In this document: positions 52,720 through 64,000 of the stretch, piece after piece
Layout: every line of letters starts with the position of its first letter
How positions within the stretch are numbered: the first letter of the stretch is position 1
DNA from: Candidatus Marinacidobacterales bacterium
Lineage (GTDB): Bacteria; Acidobacteriota; Vicinamibacteria; Marinacidobacterales; SMYC01
Direction of reading: 5' to 3'
Assembly: GCA_965250115.1 (NCBI GenBank)
Contig: CBDFNJ010000001.1
Span: 747,334 to 811,333, forward strand
Length of the DNA stretch: 64,000 nucleotides
Notes under the pieces: generated by a model
The model's database searches: none
Told to the model about the DNA's origin: nothing
What the model saw: only the letters and a program-made list of their open reading frames with translations
Made by a program: the position numbers and the translations under genes

Positions 52720-54069
52720 GCGTCGTGTCCAAAAATACAAACGAACTCAAAACCAGCTCGCCGGGACGCTTCGTATTAGAGGCGCCTAGGCTTGGTTAGC
52801 CAATGGGAGCTAGAATCCTCGGTCATGAGCACGCCGGTCCAGCCCTTGACCTTGTTAGTCGTCGCCATCGCTGGTTGGCTCCAGCGTGACCAACAGGCCG
52901 CTATCGTCTACTTGCTCGAGGAGAACAGAGTCCTCAAAGCTCGGCTTTGCGGGAGGAAGCTTCGTCTCACAGACGACGAGCGACGTCGGCTCGCGGTAAA
53001 GGGTAAGGCGCTTGGCCGGAAACTCTTGGCAGAAGTCGCCGGTATCGTCACACCGGAAACCCTGCTGGCTTGGCACCGAAGGCTGATTGCGCGGAAGTGG
53101 GACTACAGCGAGCGGCGGAAACAGCCCGGACGGCCCCGGGTCATGGCCGAGATTAGCAAGCTTGTCGTAGGGATGGCGAAGTCGAATCCGAGGTGGGGGT
53201 ATACACGCATTCGCGGCGCCCTCTCGAATCTCGGCCATACGGTAGCCAGGAGCACCATCGCCAATATTCTGCGAGAGCATGGCATCGAGCCTGCGCCGGA
53301 GCGAAGTGAGCGAACGCCATGGCGCACGTTTCTCGCCGCCCATTGGGAAACCGTTGCTGCGACCGACTTCTTCACCGTCGAGGTCGCCACAGTTCGCAGG
53401 CTCGTGACCTACTATGTGCTCGTCGTCATCGAGCTGTCTTCGCGAAAAGTGCACATTGCCGGAATCACTCCGGGGCCAGATGGCCCGTTCATGATGCAGG
53501 TCGGTCGGAATCTCACCGACCCGCTCGACGGCTTTCTGCGCGGCAAGCGATTCCTCATCCTGGACCGCGACAAGAAGTTCACCACGGAGTTTCGCTATTT
53601 GCTTGAGCACGCCGGAACGGACGTCATTCGGCTGCCGCACCGTTCGCCGAATCTGAACGCTTATGTCGAAAGGTTTGTTTTGTCGATCAAGAGCGAGTGC
53701 TTGGAGCGGATGATCTTCTTCAGTGAGCAATCGCTGCGTCGTGCCGTCACTGAGTTCATCCATCATTATCACGGAGAGCGCAACCATCAAGGGCTCGGGA
53801 ACGCGTTGCTCGAAGCGGAAGAATGCGTCGGCAGTCCTCACGGGGAGGTGCGATGTCGTAAGCGATTGGGCGGTTTGCTCAATTATTACCACCGCGCCGC
53901 CGCATAGGAGTTCGGGCGCGCCAGCTGGACGAAACGGATGGTCTGGAGGAGAGGTCTGCTCGGGAGCGCCTATCGCAGAGCCCGTGTCGCGTCGGCTAGT
54001 CTCCGCGAATTTCGAGAACGCCCCCAGGATTCGAGCTTTCGGCTCCGTTCGTATTTTCGGACACGACGC
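52720..54069 (+). mobile_element. Complete IS with rve/integrase-core transposase
   Basis: TIRs GCGTCGTGTCCAAAAATAC 52720-52738 / GTATTTTCGGACACGACGC 54051-54069 (18/19 match). Confidence 0.88.
52825..53907 (+). CDS. Integrase-core (DDE) transposase
   Basis: [49 protein letters not shown]. Confidence 0.9.
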   Translation: MSTPVQPLTLLVVAIAGWLQRDQQAAIVYLLEENRVLKARLCGRKLRLTDDERRRLAVKGKALGRKLLAEVAGIVTPETLLAWHRRLIARKWDYSERRKQPGRPRVMAEISKLVVGMAKSNPRWGYTRIRGALSNLGHTVARSTIANILREHGIEPAPERSERTPWRTFLAAHWETVAATDFFTVEVATVRRLVTYYVLVVIELSSRKVHIAGITPGPDGPFMMQVGRNLTDPLDGFLRGKRFLILDRDKKFTTEFRYLLEHAGTDVIRLPHRSPNLNAYVERFVLSIKSECLERMIFFSEQSLRRAVTEFIHHYHGERNHQGLGNALLEAEECVGSPHGEVRCRKRLGGLLNYYHRAAA

Positions 54070-54426
54070 CACGGCCCTTGGCCCGGTCGCAAACACAGAC
54101 ACTAAGTTGCTGATTTATGGCCTATTTCAAAAGGGCCGAGTTTTGGCACAGGACGGCGTTCAACCGCGTCGTGTCCAAAAACACAAACGAACTCAAGAAA
54201 CCGGCGCGTCGGGACGTTTCCCGCCCCCGCCGTCGAGCTTCCGATGAAACCGGACCAGCATCGACATCAATTACCCGACCAGCGCGCCGTTGTAACCTGA
54301 CCCACGGTTAGTACGACGTTGTATCTCAGTCATTCGGTCCTGACAAGGACCGGTTGAAGCCGGCGGTCGGTAAACCAACGAGCTGTGGGGTCTAAGACGA
54401 TTGAACTCTTGCGTACTGAAGCGGCA

Positions 54427-55482
54427 TCACAATGTGGCACGCCAGCATCTAATGATGCGCAGAAATTTCCCTACATTGTAGCCAATATAAACCAGAGTCT
54501 CGTGAATGCCTCGTGAATCGTCTTGTCCAACATCCCCGTCACCTCGCAGGTTTCTGTTGGCAATCTCCAGCATTCGTTTCAACGATTTCCTCTTGGACAA
54601 GGAACTATGGCTCACTTCATTATTGCGAAGGACATCCAACAGTGTACCGAGCGTGTAGTCGTCCCCATATACTTCAAAGATTTTGAAGTCCAACCAGTCG
54701 CCCCTAGCTAGTGAACGGCGACCGTAGTTGAGTGGATTGTAGTCGTCCAAATGATTGTATCCGCCGTGCCATTTGCCGAGTCGGTATTCGGAGTCCGCTC
54801 GCTGAACGGACATGAACATACCTTGCTCGAACGAGTTCAGAACGCGAGCGTTCTGTCCGACATATAGATCAAATAGAGAGCAGTTGTTTTCTATAGGCTT
54901 CTGGCGAATGATTTGTTTGTGCTGTCGAGTGAGGTGCTCCATCGCAGTTTTCGAGTCGAGCATCATTTTGTGTAGAATGCTCACGACAGTCTGAAACGTG
55001 AAATACGAAGCATTAAAAGAGCGTGCCCTGATTAGGTTTGTCTCAAAGCCCTTCACTAGTTCGCACACGGCGCCAACGCTCCTTGATGCGGCCTTGAGAA
55101 AAGCATCTTGTGTCTCGCTCAAAATAAAGGCTAGCTGAGGAGGAGGCCACTTCAGGGCTTCCTGAAGCCCGGTCTCAGTAAAATCAACATATGCTCCATG
55201 ATCGCCCTTGGGACAGATCTCCAGCAAGCCATCAGATACAGCTATAAGAAGAATGTTCTCATCCTCTTTTGACAAGATGTAATAGCGCCCCGTGAATCCT
55301 TTGGCAGAGTTGCTATAAAGAGTGAGATCCTTCTTGCATATGGGGCCGTAGTTACCTTCAAGAGATAGATCCATTAAGATAAGACAAAGACCTTTTGTTG
55401 TTAGGACACCGTTAGGTGATAGGGCGTCCTTTGGTGAACGATCTGTGAAGTACAGTTTCGTCCAGCCGGAATGTGGTTTCAT
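54427..55482 (-). CDS. Lower-GC hypothetical protein with a possible HEPN-like motif; start uncertain, possibly 5'-truncated
   Basis: ~350-codon open frame in visibly AT-richer DNA; RNNEVSH near the C-terminus. Confidence 0.6.
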   Translation of the reverse strand: MKPHSGWTKLYFTDRSPKDALSPNGVLTTKGLCLILMDLSLEGNYGPICKKDLTLYSNSAKGFTGRYYILSKEDENILLIAVSDGLLEICPKGDHGAYVDFTETGLQEALKWPPPQLAFILSETQDAFLKAASRSVGAVCELVKGFETNLIRARSFNASYFTFQTVVSILHKMMLDSKTAMEHLTRQHKQIIRQKPIENNCSLFDLYVGQNARVLNSFEQGMFMSVQRADSEYRLGKWHGGYNHLDDYNPLNYGRRSLARGDWLDFKIFEVYGDDYTLGTLLDVLRNNEVSHSSLSKRKSLKRMLEIANRNLRGDGDVGQDDSRGIHETLVYIGYNVGKFLRIIRCWRATL

Positions 55483-55663
55483 TGGTAACTGCCTGTGCTC
55501 CGCAAAAAAGAAGGTCGAACAGAAGCAGCCTACCATAGCAGGTCGGTATTAGACCTGCTATGCGGGGGGAAACTCACGTTCTGCCTGTCGCACCCACTTG
55601 TGCACCGTCTCGGATGTACAGCCAACCTTCTGCGTAGTCGATGAGAGCGGGTGCTTGCGATGT

Positions 55664-55800
55664 ATCAGGACCGGTGCGGTCTCGGCCCACTTCTGGTTGC
55701 CGGGAGCGAGACACCGGAGAAGCTTCTCATGTTCTGCGGGATCGTCTTTGGTCGCGACGATGAAGCGCCACGGCTGCTCGTTGAACGACGAAGGCGCCCG
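55664..55800 (-). pseudogene. Nitroreductase internal fragment
   Basis: RAPSSFNEQPWRFIVA...GNQKWAETAPVLI; bounded by an IS end at 55799-55824 and an IS3 orfA scrap (VGCTSETVHKWVRQAE). Confidence 0.75.
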
Positions 55801-55961
55801 GAATGTGTCAATGATTTTGAGACACAAAGTCTCTGCATTTAGTGAGCTCCCGCTCGTGTTTCGGGGCGCATGAGGGCGCCATCCGAATCGAGCGCCGGAT
55901 CAGGCTCCCGTCCTGTACCAAAACTCGGCCCTTTTGAAATAGGCCATAAATCAGCAGCTTA

Positions 55962-57885
55962 GGGCCGCCGACAAAATAACTGTCTAGTTTTGAGCACACT
56001 CTTCCTGTTTCAGGTCGTGATCGCGATATCGTCTGGCATCACGAGAGCCTGGCAAGCTCCCTAGAAACGGAACATTTGTAGGTCTTCAGCAACCAGCGCG
56101 TGTTTGACGAACGGTCCTCATTGTAGGAGGATTACGCCTATCAAGGAGCACTTCTCCTATTATGAGACCTACGAGCTATCAGTCTGAAGATCTCGACCGC
56201 CTGTTGAGGAAGCACAAAATAGCTACCCTCGATGATTTGAAGGCAGTGTTGGGTACCGATGTGGACTCGACCGTCTTCCGAAAGCTCAATGAGTTGGCGT
56301 ATCGGACAAGCTACTCCCACCGTGGTAGCTACTACACGTTGGACGAGATCGCCCAGTTCGATCGAAAAGGTCTTTGGTCGTTGCGCTCAGTGTGGTTCTC
56401 GAAGTACGGGACGTTGCTTGCGACGGTAAAAGCGTTGGTCGCGGCCTGTGAGGCAGGCTACTACGTCGACGAGCTCGAGGACGTGGTGCAGGTTGACGTC
56501 AAGGCTCCTCTGTTGAAACTGGTCCGAGAGAAAAGATTGGCGCGCGAGCAGGTGTTCGGCCGATATCTGTATCTGGCCACCGATGTGAGCACGCGCAAGC
56601 AACAGCTCTCGGCCCGCCAGGTACATGAGGCGTCACCTTCCACGTTGGGCGGGGTCGGGGGAGTCCGCGTGCTCCCCGTGGAGTTGAAGGCTGCGATCGT
56701 TCTTTTCTACAGCCTGCTCGATGAAAAGCAGCGCCGTCTCTACGCGGGAGTCGAGGCCATGAAGCTCGGTCACGGTGGCGACCAACAGATTGCCGAACTG
56801 CTCGGGATGGGTCCGAGCACGGTAGCCAGAGGTCGTAGGGAATTGCTAATGAGAGATGTTGAGCTCGACGGAGTTCGGCGAAAGGGTGGCGGACGGCGCG
56901 CCGTGCAAAAAAAAGCCAGAAGTCATCGCCAAGATCGAAGAACTCATGAAGCACGACACCGCGGGCGATCCGATGACGGGAGTGAAATGGACGCGGCGGA
57001 CCACCGACAAGATTGCTTGCGAGCTAAGAAGCCTCGGTGTGAACGTCAGCAGCAAAACCGTCGGTCGACTGCTCAAACAGCTCGGCTTCTCGTTGCGGGT
57101 GAACCACAAGAAGCTGTGCGGTGCCACGTCCGAAGATCGCGATACCCAATTCGCGTGTATCGCCGAACTGCGCGAGCGTTTTGCCGCAGCTGGTCATCCC
57201 ATCATCAGCGTAGACACGAAGAAACGGGAGCTGGTGGGATTATTCAAAAACGGCGGGCAGGCCTGGAACCGCGAGCCGACTCTCGTCAAAGACCATGACT
57301 TCCGTTCCGAATCGAACGGCATCGCAATCCCCTACGGCATCTACGATCTGCTCGCGAACCGCGGGACAGTGTTCATTGGTACCTCGTACAACACCCCGGA
57401 CTTCGCCGTGAATGCCATCGAGAAGTGGTGGCGAACGGAAGGACGGCGACGCTATCCTGCAGCCCGTGACCTCGCGATATTGGCAGACGCCGGGGGCAGC
57501 AATGGCTATCGGTGTCGGGGTTGGAAGCACGGGCTTCAAACGCGGATTTGCAATCGCCACGACATCGCTATCACCATAGCCCACTATCCGTCCGGTACAT
57601 CCAAGTGGAATCCAGTGGAGCACCGTCTGTTCAGCGAGGTCAGCAAGAACTGGGCGGGCAGGCCTCTCGACAGCTACGAAACCATCCTCAAATACATCCG
57701 CACGACCACCACCTCTTCCGGTTTGCGAGTACGCGCACACCTTATCCGGCGTCGTTATCCGAAGGGCGTCAAAATCACTGACGAGCGGATGCAGGCGCTT
57801 TCCGTTACAAAGGACCAGACTCTACCCAAATGGAACTACACCATCCGACCGTCTTGAAAACGGGAACTTATTTTGTCGCCGGCCC
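55962..57885 (+). mobile_element. ISAzo13-family element, copy 1, TSD TTA
   Basis: Ends GGGCCGCCGACAAAATAA / TTATTTTGTCGCCGGCCC; TTA on both sides; the uninterrupted sequence is seen at 51830-51849. Confidence 0.9.
56162..57857 (+). CDS. ISAzo13 transposase (orfA/orfB joined at the A8 run near 56907)
   Basis: LDEKQRRLYAG, GDPM...WT, ISVDTKKRE, ADAGGSNG, HYPSGTSKWNPVEHRLFS, KWNYTI. Confidence 0.88.
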
Positions 57886-58435
57886 TTAGTGTCTGTGTTT
57901 GCGCCGGGGCCAAGGGCCGTAGGCTTTACAATCGTCTGGCCCGAGGGTGTTATCTTCAGATCCATGATGACGTACCACGCGCAATTCCTACTGCTCGTTC
58001 TAGCTGGCTGGGTCAACCGCCAGCAGCAGGATGTGATCGACTACCTGCAAGAGGAGAACCGTGTGCTCCGAGCCGGGCTTCGGGGCAAGCGTCTCAGTCT
58101 CTCGGACGACGACCGGCGCAGGCTCGCGGTCAAGGCCCAGGCTTTGGGCCGCGAGGCGCTGGCCCAGATTGCGTCCGTTGCCACACCCGCTACGCTTCTG
58201 CGCTGGTACCGCCACCTCATCGCAGCCAAGTACGATGGCAGCAAGAACCGGAGTCCAGGCCGACCTCCGACGGCGAAGGACATCCGTGAGCTCATTGTGC
58301 GCGTGGCGCGGGAGAACCCGACGTGGGGATATACGCGCCTGCGAGGCGCACTCAAGAACCTAGGACATGAACTCGGACGCAACACTATCAAGAGGATCCT
58401 CGCCGAGCACGGTGTCGCTCCTGCGCCGGAGCGGG

Positions 58436-59003
58436 CCCTCTGTGCCAACATCCTTGAGACAATCCGCTCCTTGAAATTAGTGTCGAGGGCGGAGGAGGAT
58501 CATAGATGAGTACGTTGATTGAGAGAATGACGTCGGCGGGGTCGGAAGGAGCCCGTAGGGCGACTGGAGATCTCGCCGACCGTGGTGCTGCGGCGGTTTC
58601 TTCGACTACTACAACAACGCGCACCGGCACTCGGGACTGGGGCTCATGACGCCGGCCGCCGTTCACTACGGTCGCGCCGACGAGCTCAACGCCGCCCGGC
58701 GCCAGGTCCTTCTCGAAGCTCATCGGGCTCACCCCGAGCGCTTCGTGCACGGAACACCTCAACCTCCGGTTTTGCCTCGTCAGGTCTGGATCAACCCGCC
58801 GCCCGAGAAAACGACGCCACAGGAGGCCCTAGGAGCCACTTTCTCGGGGCGCCCCATACCTGAGCTACCCCCGGATTCAAGCTATCCGGACGCGATCGCG
58901 TCGGAACCCAATCGCGACCGCACCGCGCTCACGCCCCGTCCTTCACTGATCGAGGCTCACTAAATGCAGCCTGCGGGTGTCTCAAAGTCGTTGACACGTT
59001 CCG
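58436..59003 (+). mobile_element. Internally deleted IS3-like remnant inserted in the rve gene
   Basis: Imperfect IR GTGCCAACATCCTTGAGACA 58442 / TGTCTCAAAGTCGTTGACAC 58978; transposase tail YYNNAHRHSGLGLMTPAAVH...VWINPP. Confidence 0.72.
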
Positions 59004-59186
59004 GGGGCAGGAGCATGTCGTGGAGCACCTTCATCAAGGCTCATTGGGGCGCCATCGCTGCGACAGACCTGTTCACCGTCGAGGTGGTGAACCCGTTCGG
59101 GCTCGTCCGCTACCATGTCCTGTTTGTCATCGATATTGAACCGCCCCGGGTTTCCCGGAGACTCCAACTCTTGAGAGGATGGAGTC

Positions 59187-60421
<1,235 letters not shown>

Positions 60422-60734
60422 AACAGTCTCCGGAAAACCCGGGGCGGTTCAATATCGCCACTCGCTGCGTGTGCATCGGTGGGATAACGTCGGACCCCAA
60501 CGGGGAGTGGATGAAGCAGGTGGCAAAAAACCTCACTGACATGTGGGATGGTTTCCTCCTTGGCAAGCGATACCTCATCCACGACCGGGACCCGCTATTC
60601 ACCGAGGCGGTACGTGGGCTCTTGAGAGATTCAGGCGTGAAGCCCGTCCTGTGCCAAAACTCGGCCCTTTCGAAATAGACCATAAATCAGCAGCTTAGCG
60701 ACTGGGCCAAGGGCCCCTAGGCTTTACAGTTACC

Positions 60735-60950
60735 CCACCCGCGGTCGACCTTCGAGAGCCGCGCCGTTTCACCGTACGGCAGAGGACGGCGAGCTGCTGC
60801 CGAAGAGCGACATTGCCAAGAGCCAGTTCGCGGCGAGCCTTGAAGGCGGAGATGAGAGCGCGAACAAACGACGAAATCAAGCAGGTATGGTGCCGGCAGA
60901 CCGGAGACTAATCAAGTTCGGGGCGCCCGGATGAATAAATAGAAGGCACA
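60735..60950 (-). mobile_element. Truncated left end of the element family seen at 52023
   Basis: TIR at 60928-60950; transposase start MISSFVRALISAFKARRELALGNVALRQQLAVL. Confidence 0.75.
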
Positions 60951-60952
60951 GG

Positions 60953-61087
60953 ATGATCTTCATCCCCAGCATAGACGGCATCAGCCACTCTCCTAAGGAG
61001 TTCTCGCGTCCCAGGGACATTGAGGCGGGCGCGAACGTGCTCCTCCACACCCTTCTCGGAGCGGACGCGCTTGAGCTCGGAGGCTGA
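60953..61087 (+). pseudogene. M20/allantoate amidohydrolase C-terminal fragment
   Basis: Hand translation MIFIPSIDGISHSPKEFSRPRDIEAGANVLL; begins at an IS end. Confidence 0.75.
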
Positions 61088-61162
61088 GCGCTATATTTGA
61101 CGGTTTGGGTATTTCCCCCTTTGGTAGACAGTGGGGAAATCCCTAATAAAAAAAAGGTCAGA

Positions 61163-62665
61163 TCAACCTTGTATCGCTGACTGGATAAATTCTGCGATCT
61201 CCTCTTTGAACTTGGCATGGGATGGTTTGTGGATATACATCATGTGACCCGCTTCATAGTAGCTAATCTTTATGCGTCCCTTGAAATCGGAATTCAAATC
61301 CAGATGTGAGATAGCATATTCGGCAGCGAAATAGCTCCTAACATCGTAATAACCGTTGGCAATATAAACCTCGAGAGATTGGTTCTTTCTCATCACCTTG
61401 CGAAGGCTTTCTGCAGTATTCAAGTAGCGAGGTCTATCCCATGGCCTGACCTTTCCTTGTAATTCATAGCGTATATCTTTCTTGAACTCGAGCTCTGTTG
61501 TGAGATAGTGATTTATCATTGCAGAAAATGCTCCAGAAATCGCCGAGTGACCCGGGTCAGATTCGAAGCGTTCACCCGCTGAATCAGCATCCTTTCCTTT
61601 GAACCGGGCATCATTGTGACCTACGATCTGGTGTTCATCGCGAAGAAGTTCTTTTTCAAAACGGCGGGTGTGGATACGCATATTAGTTTGTTCGATATAT
61701 TTGGGAGAGAGTCCGGTGTAGCGGGCTAGTTTTTCGATAAGTTCGCTCTTTTTATCCGCAGGGAGCTCGTTTCCTTTCATCAGCGCCAAGTTATAGTCCT
61801 CTAAAGCAAAGTTTTCGACCTCATCCAGTACATCACGCAAACTTCTTTCCTGAAGGTCAGATGGGAGCTTCTTGTGAAACCACGCTACTGCCGTGTACGT
61901 AGGCAGAGCCAGGATGAAAGCGAGGTCATTCCCGGGCTGGAAACTACGGGCGAACGGGTTTAAACCAGAAGAGACCAGGATTAGTCCTTTAAGATACATC
62001 GATTGAGTGTCTCTCTGGAGAAACTCAGCCAGTCCTACAGCCCGGGGCACGCCGTAGCTTTCTCCGATAATAAACTTGGGCGAGGCCCAGAGTTCATTGC
62101 GAGCTATATACAACTGGATAAACTCTCCGAGATATTCAATATCTTCTGTATAGCCATGAAATTCCTTCGGATTTACACCCTCAACAGCCCGGCTGTATCC
62201 TGTGGAAACAGGGTCCACCATAACCACATCCGATACATCCAGGATGGAGTATTCGTTGTCTACAAGGCGATAAGGCCCAGGAGGAGGATATCCTTCATCG
62301 TCCAGCAGGACCTTTCTTGGACCGAGAGCTCCAATATGAAGCATCGTAGAAGAAGAACCAGGCCCTCCGTTGTAAGCAAATGTGATGGGGCGGCGACTCT
62401 TATCTTCTACACCGTCCTTGGTGTAAGCCGTAAAAAAAACATTTGCTCTTGGTCTCCCTGTTTCTTCCCTAAGAAGCATGTAACCTACGGTCGCTGTGTA
62501 TTTCAGCGGTTCTCCCTTTAGCTGGATGGTGTGACTTGTAACAGAGAGAGAGGGCTCTGGAACTTTTGGGGTTGGCTTCTTTTTGGAAGATTCTTGAGCT
62601 GCTAAATTAGGAAGGAGAAGAATTAGAAAGACTACCAAAAAAACGTAAAGACTTTTTCTTGTCAT
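61163..62665 (-). CDS. Secreted S10 serine carboxypeptidase-like protein, lower GC
   Basis: Signal peptide, NGGPGSSS, DPVSTGYS, GESYG, YEAGHMMY. Confidence 0.92.
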   Translation of the reverse strand: MTRKSLYVFLVVFLILLLPNLAAQESSKKKPTPKVPEPSLSVTSHTIQLKGEPLKYTATVGYMLLREETGRPRANVFFTAYTKDGVEDKSRRPITFAYNGGPGSSSTMLHIGALGPRKVLLDDEGYPPPGPYRLVDNEYSILDVSDVVMVDPVSTGYSRAVEGVNPKEFHGYTEDIEYLGEFIQLYIARNELWASPKFIIGESYGVPRAVGLAEFLQRDTQSMYLKGLILVSSGLNPFARSFQPGNDLAFILALPTYTAVAWFHKKLPSDLQERSLRDVLDEVENFALEDYNLALMKGNELPADKKSELIEKLARYTGLSPKYIEQTNMRIHTRRFEKELLRDEHQIVGHNDARFKGKDADSAGERFESDPGHSAISGAFSAMINHYLTTELEFKKDIRYELQGKVRPWDRPRYLNTAESLRKVMRKNQSLEVYIANGYYDVRSYFAAEYAISHLDLNSDFKGRIKISYYEAGHMMYIHKPSHAKFKEEIAEFIQSAIQG

Positions 62666-62743
62666 TGTATTTCCTCCTCAAAGAATACTAATGATAGAAT
62701 ATTCGTTTTTGCTGTTGCGAACATGTTCTTCATTTTTGGCTAA

Positions 62744-64000
62744 GGGCCGCCGACAAAATAACTGTCTAGTTTTGAGCACACTCTTCCTGTTTCAGGTCGT
62801 GATCGCGATATCGTCTGGCATCACGAGAGCCTGGCAAGCTCCCTAGAAACGGAACATTTGTAGGTCTTCAGCAACCAGCGCGTGTTTGACAAACGGTCCT
62901 CATTGCAGGAGGATTACGCCTATCAAGGAGCACTTCTCCTATTATGAGACCTACGAGCTATCAGTCTGAAGATCTCGACCGCCTGTTGAGGAAGCACAAA
63001 ATAGCTACCCTCGATGATTTGAAGGCAGTGTTGGGTACCGATGTGGACTCGACCGTCTTCCGAAAGCTCAATGAGTTGGCGTATCGGACAAGCTACTCCC
63101 ACCGTGGTAGCTACTACACGTTGGACGAGATCGCCCAGTTCGATCGAAAAGGTCTTTGGTCGTTGCGCTCAGTGTGGTTCTCGAAGTACGGGACGTTGCT
63201 TGCGACGGTAAAAGCGTTGGTCGCGGCCTGTGAGGCAGGCTACTACGTCGACGAGCTCGAGGACGTGGTGCAGGTTGACGTCAAGGCTCCTCTGTTGAAA
63301 CTGGTCCGAGAGAAAAGATTGGCGCGCGAGCAGGTGTTCGGCCGATATCTGTATCTGGCCACCGATGTGAGCACGCGCAAGCAACAGCTCTCGGCCCGCC
63401 AGGTACATGAGGCGTCACCTTCCACGTTGGGCGGGGTCGGGGGAGTCCGCGTGCTCCCCGTGGAGTTGAAGGCTGCGATCGTTCTTTTCTACAGCCTGCT
63501 CGATGAAAAGCAGCGCCGTCTCTACGCGGGAGTCGAGGCCATGAAGCTCGGTCACGGTGGCGACCAACAGATTGCCGAACTGCTCGGGATGGATCCGAGC
63601 ACGGTAGCCAGAGGTCGTAGGGAATTGCTAATGAGAGATGTTGAGCTCGACGGAGTTCGGCGAAAGGGTGGCGGACGGCGCGCCGTGCAAAAAAAACGCC
63701 AGAAGTCATCGCCAAGATCGAAGAACTCATGAAGCACGACACCGCGGGCGATCCGATGACGGGAGTGAAATGGACGCGGCGGACCACCGACAAGATTGCT
63801 TGCGAGCTAAGAAGCCTCGGTGTGAACGTCAGCAGCAAAACCGTCGGTCGACTGCTCAAACAGCTCGGCTTCTCGTTGCGGGTGAACCACAAGAAGCTGT
63901 GCGGTGCCACGTCCGAAGATCGCGATACCCAATTCGCGTGTATCGCCGAACTGCGCGAGCGTTTTGCCGCAGCTGGTCATCCCATCATCAGCGTAGACAC
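62744..64000 (+). mobile_element. ISAzo13-family element, copy 2 (runs off the window)
   Basis: Near-identical direct copy of 55962 onward, preceded by TAA; orfA at 62944-63732. Confidence 0.92.

Noticed and set aside
54280-54330. Possible attC site downstream of the lower-GC ORF
   Set aside because: TAAC...GTTA are too close together and no L-box pairing is evident

Overview
A GC-rich bacterial chromosomal window. An Acidobacteriota origin is inferred from the ADOP-type permease and the kinase-TolB-like-TPR architecture. 1-25 kb is housekeeping: an osmoprotectant ABC importer, rpiA, a GH20, four GT4 glycosyltransferases with a UbiA-family decaprenyl-phosphate phosphoribosyltransferase, a STAS protein, pta, rpsU and a pur cluster (purD, E, B, S, Q, L, F) with rlmN, an M16 peptidase and an MBL hydrolase interspersed. 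25-38 kb holds the most interesting locus. A membrane Ser/Thr kinase with a large post-membrane TPR region converges on an unannotated 19-codon gene (32229-32288, minus; MQVKTRIRSG|WSGQHGKQF). That gene has its own sigma70-like promoter, AGGAGG RBS, terminator and upstream palindromic boxes, and lies near a decayed pair of C39-peptidase ABC exporter genes. This is a candidate exported-peptide / receptor-kinase signalling system (inference). 38-47 kb has a GldA/GldF-G/DUF4340 module and assorted genes. 47.9-64 kb is a dense nest of insertion sequences (IS5, IS3, two ISAzo13 copies, several rve-type elements and orphan ends) with gene scraps and two lower-GC cargo genes. No tRNA, rRNA or CRISPR array was recognised. 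All family assignments come from motif recognition by eye; no searches were run.
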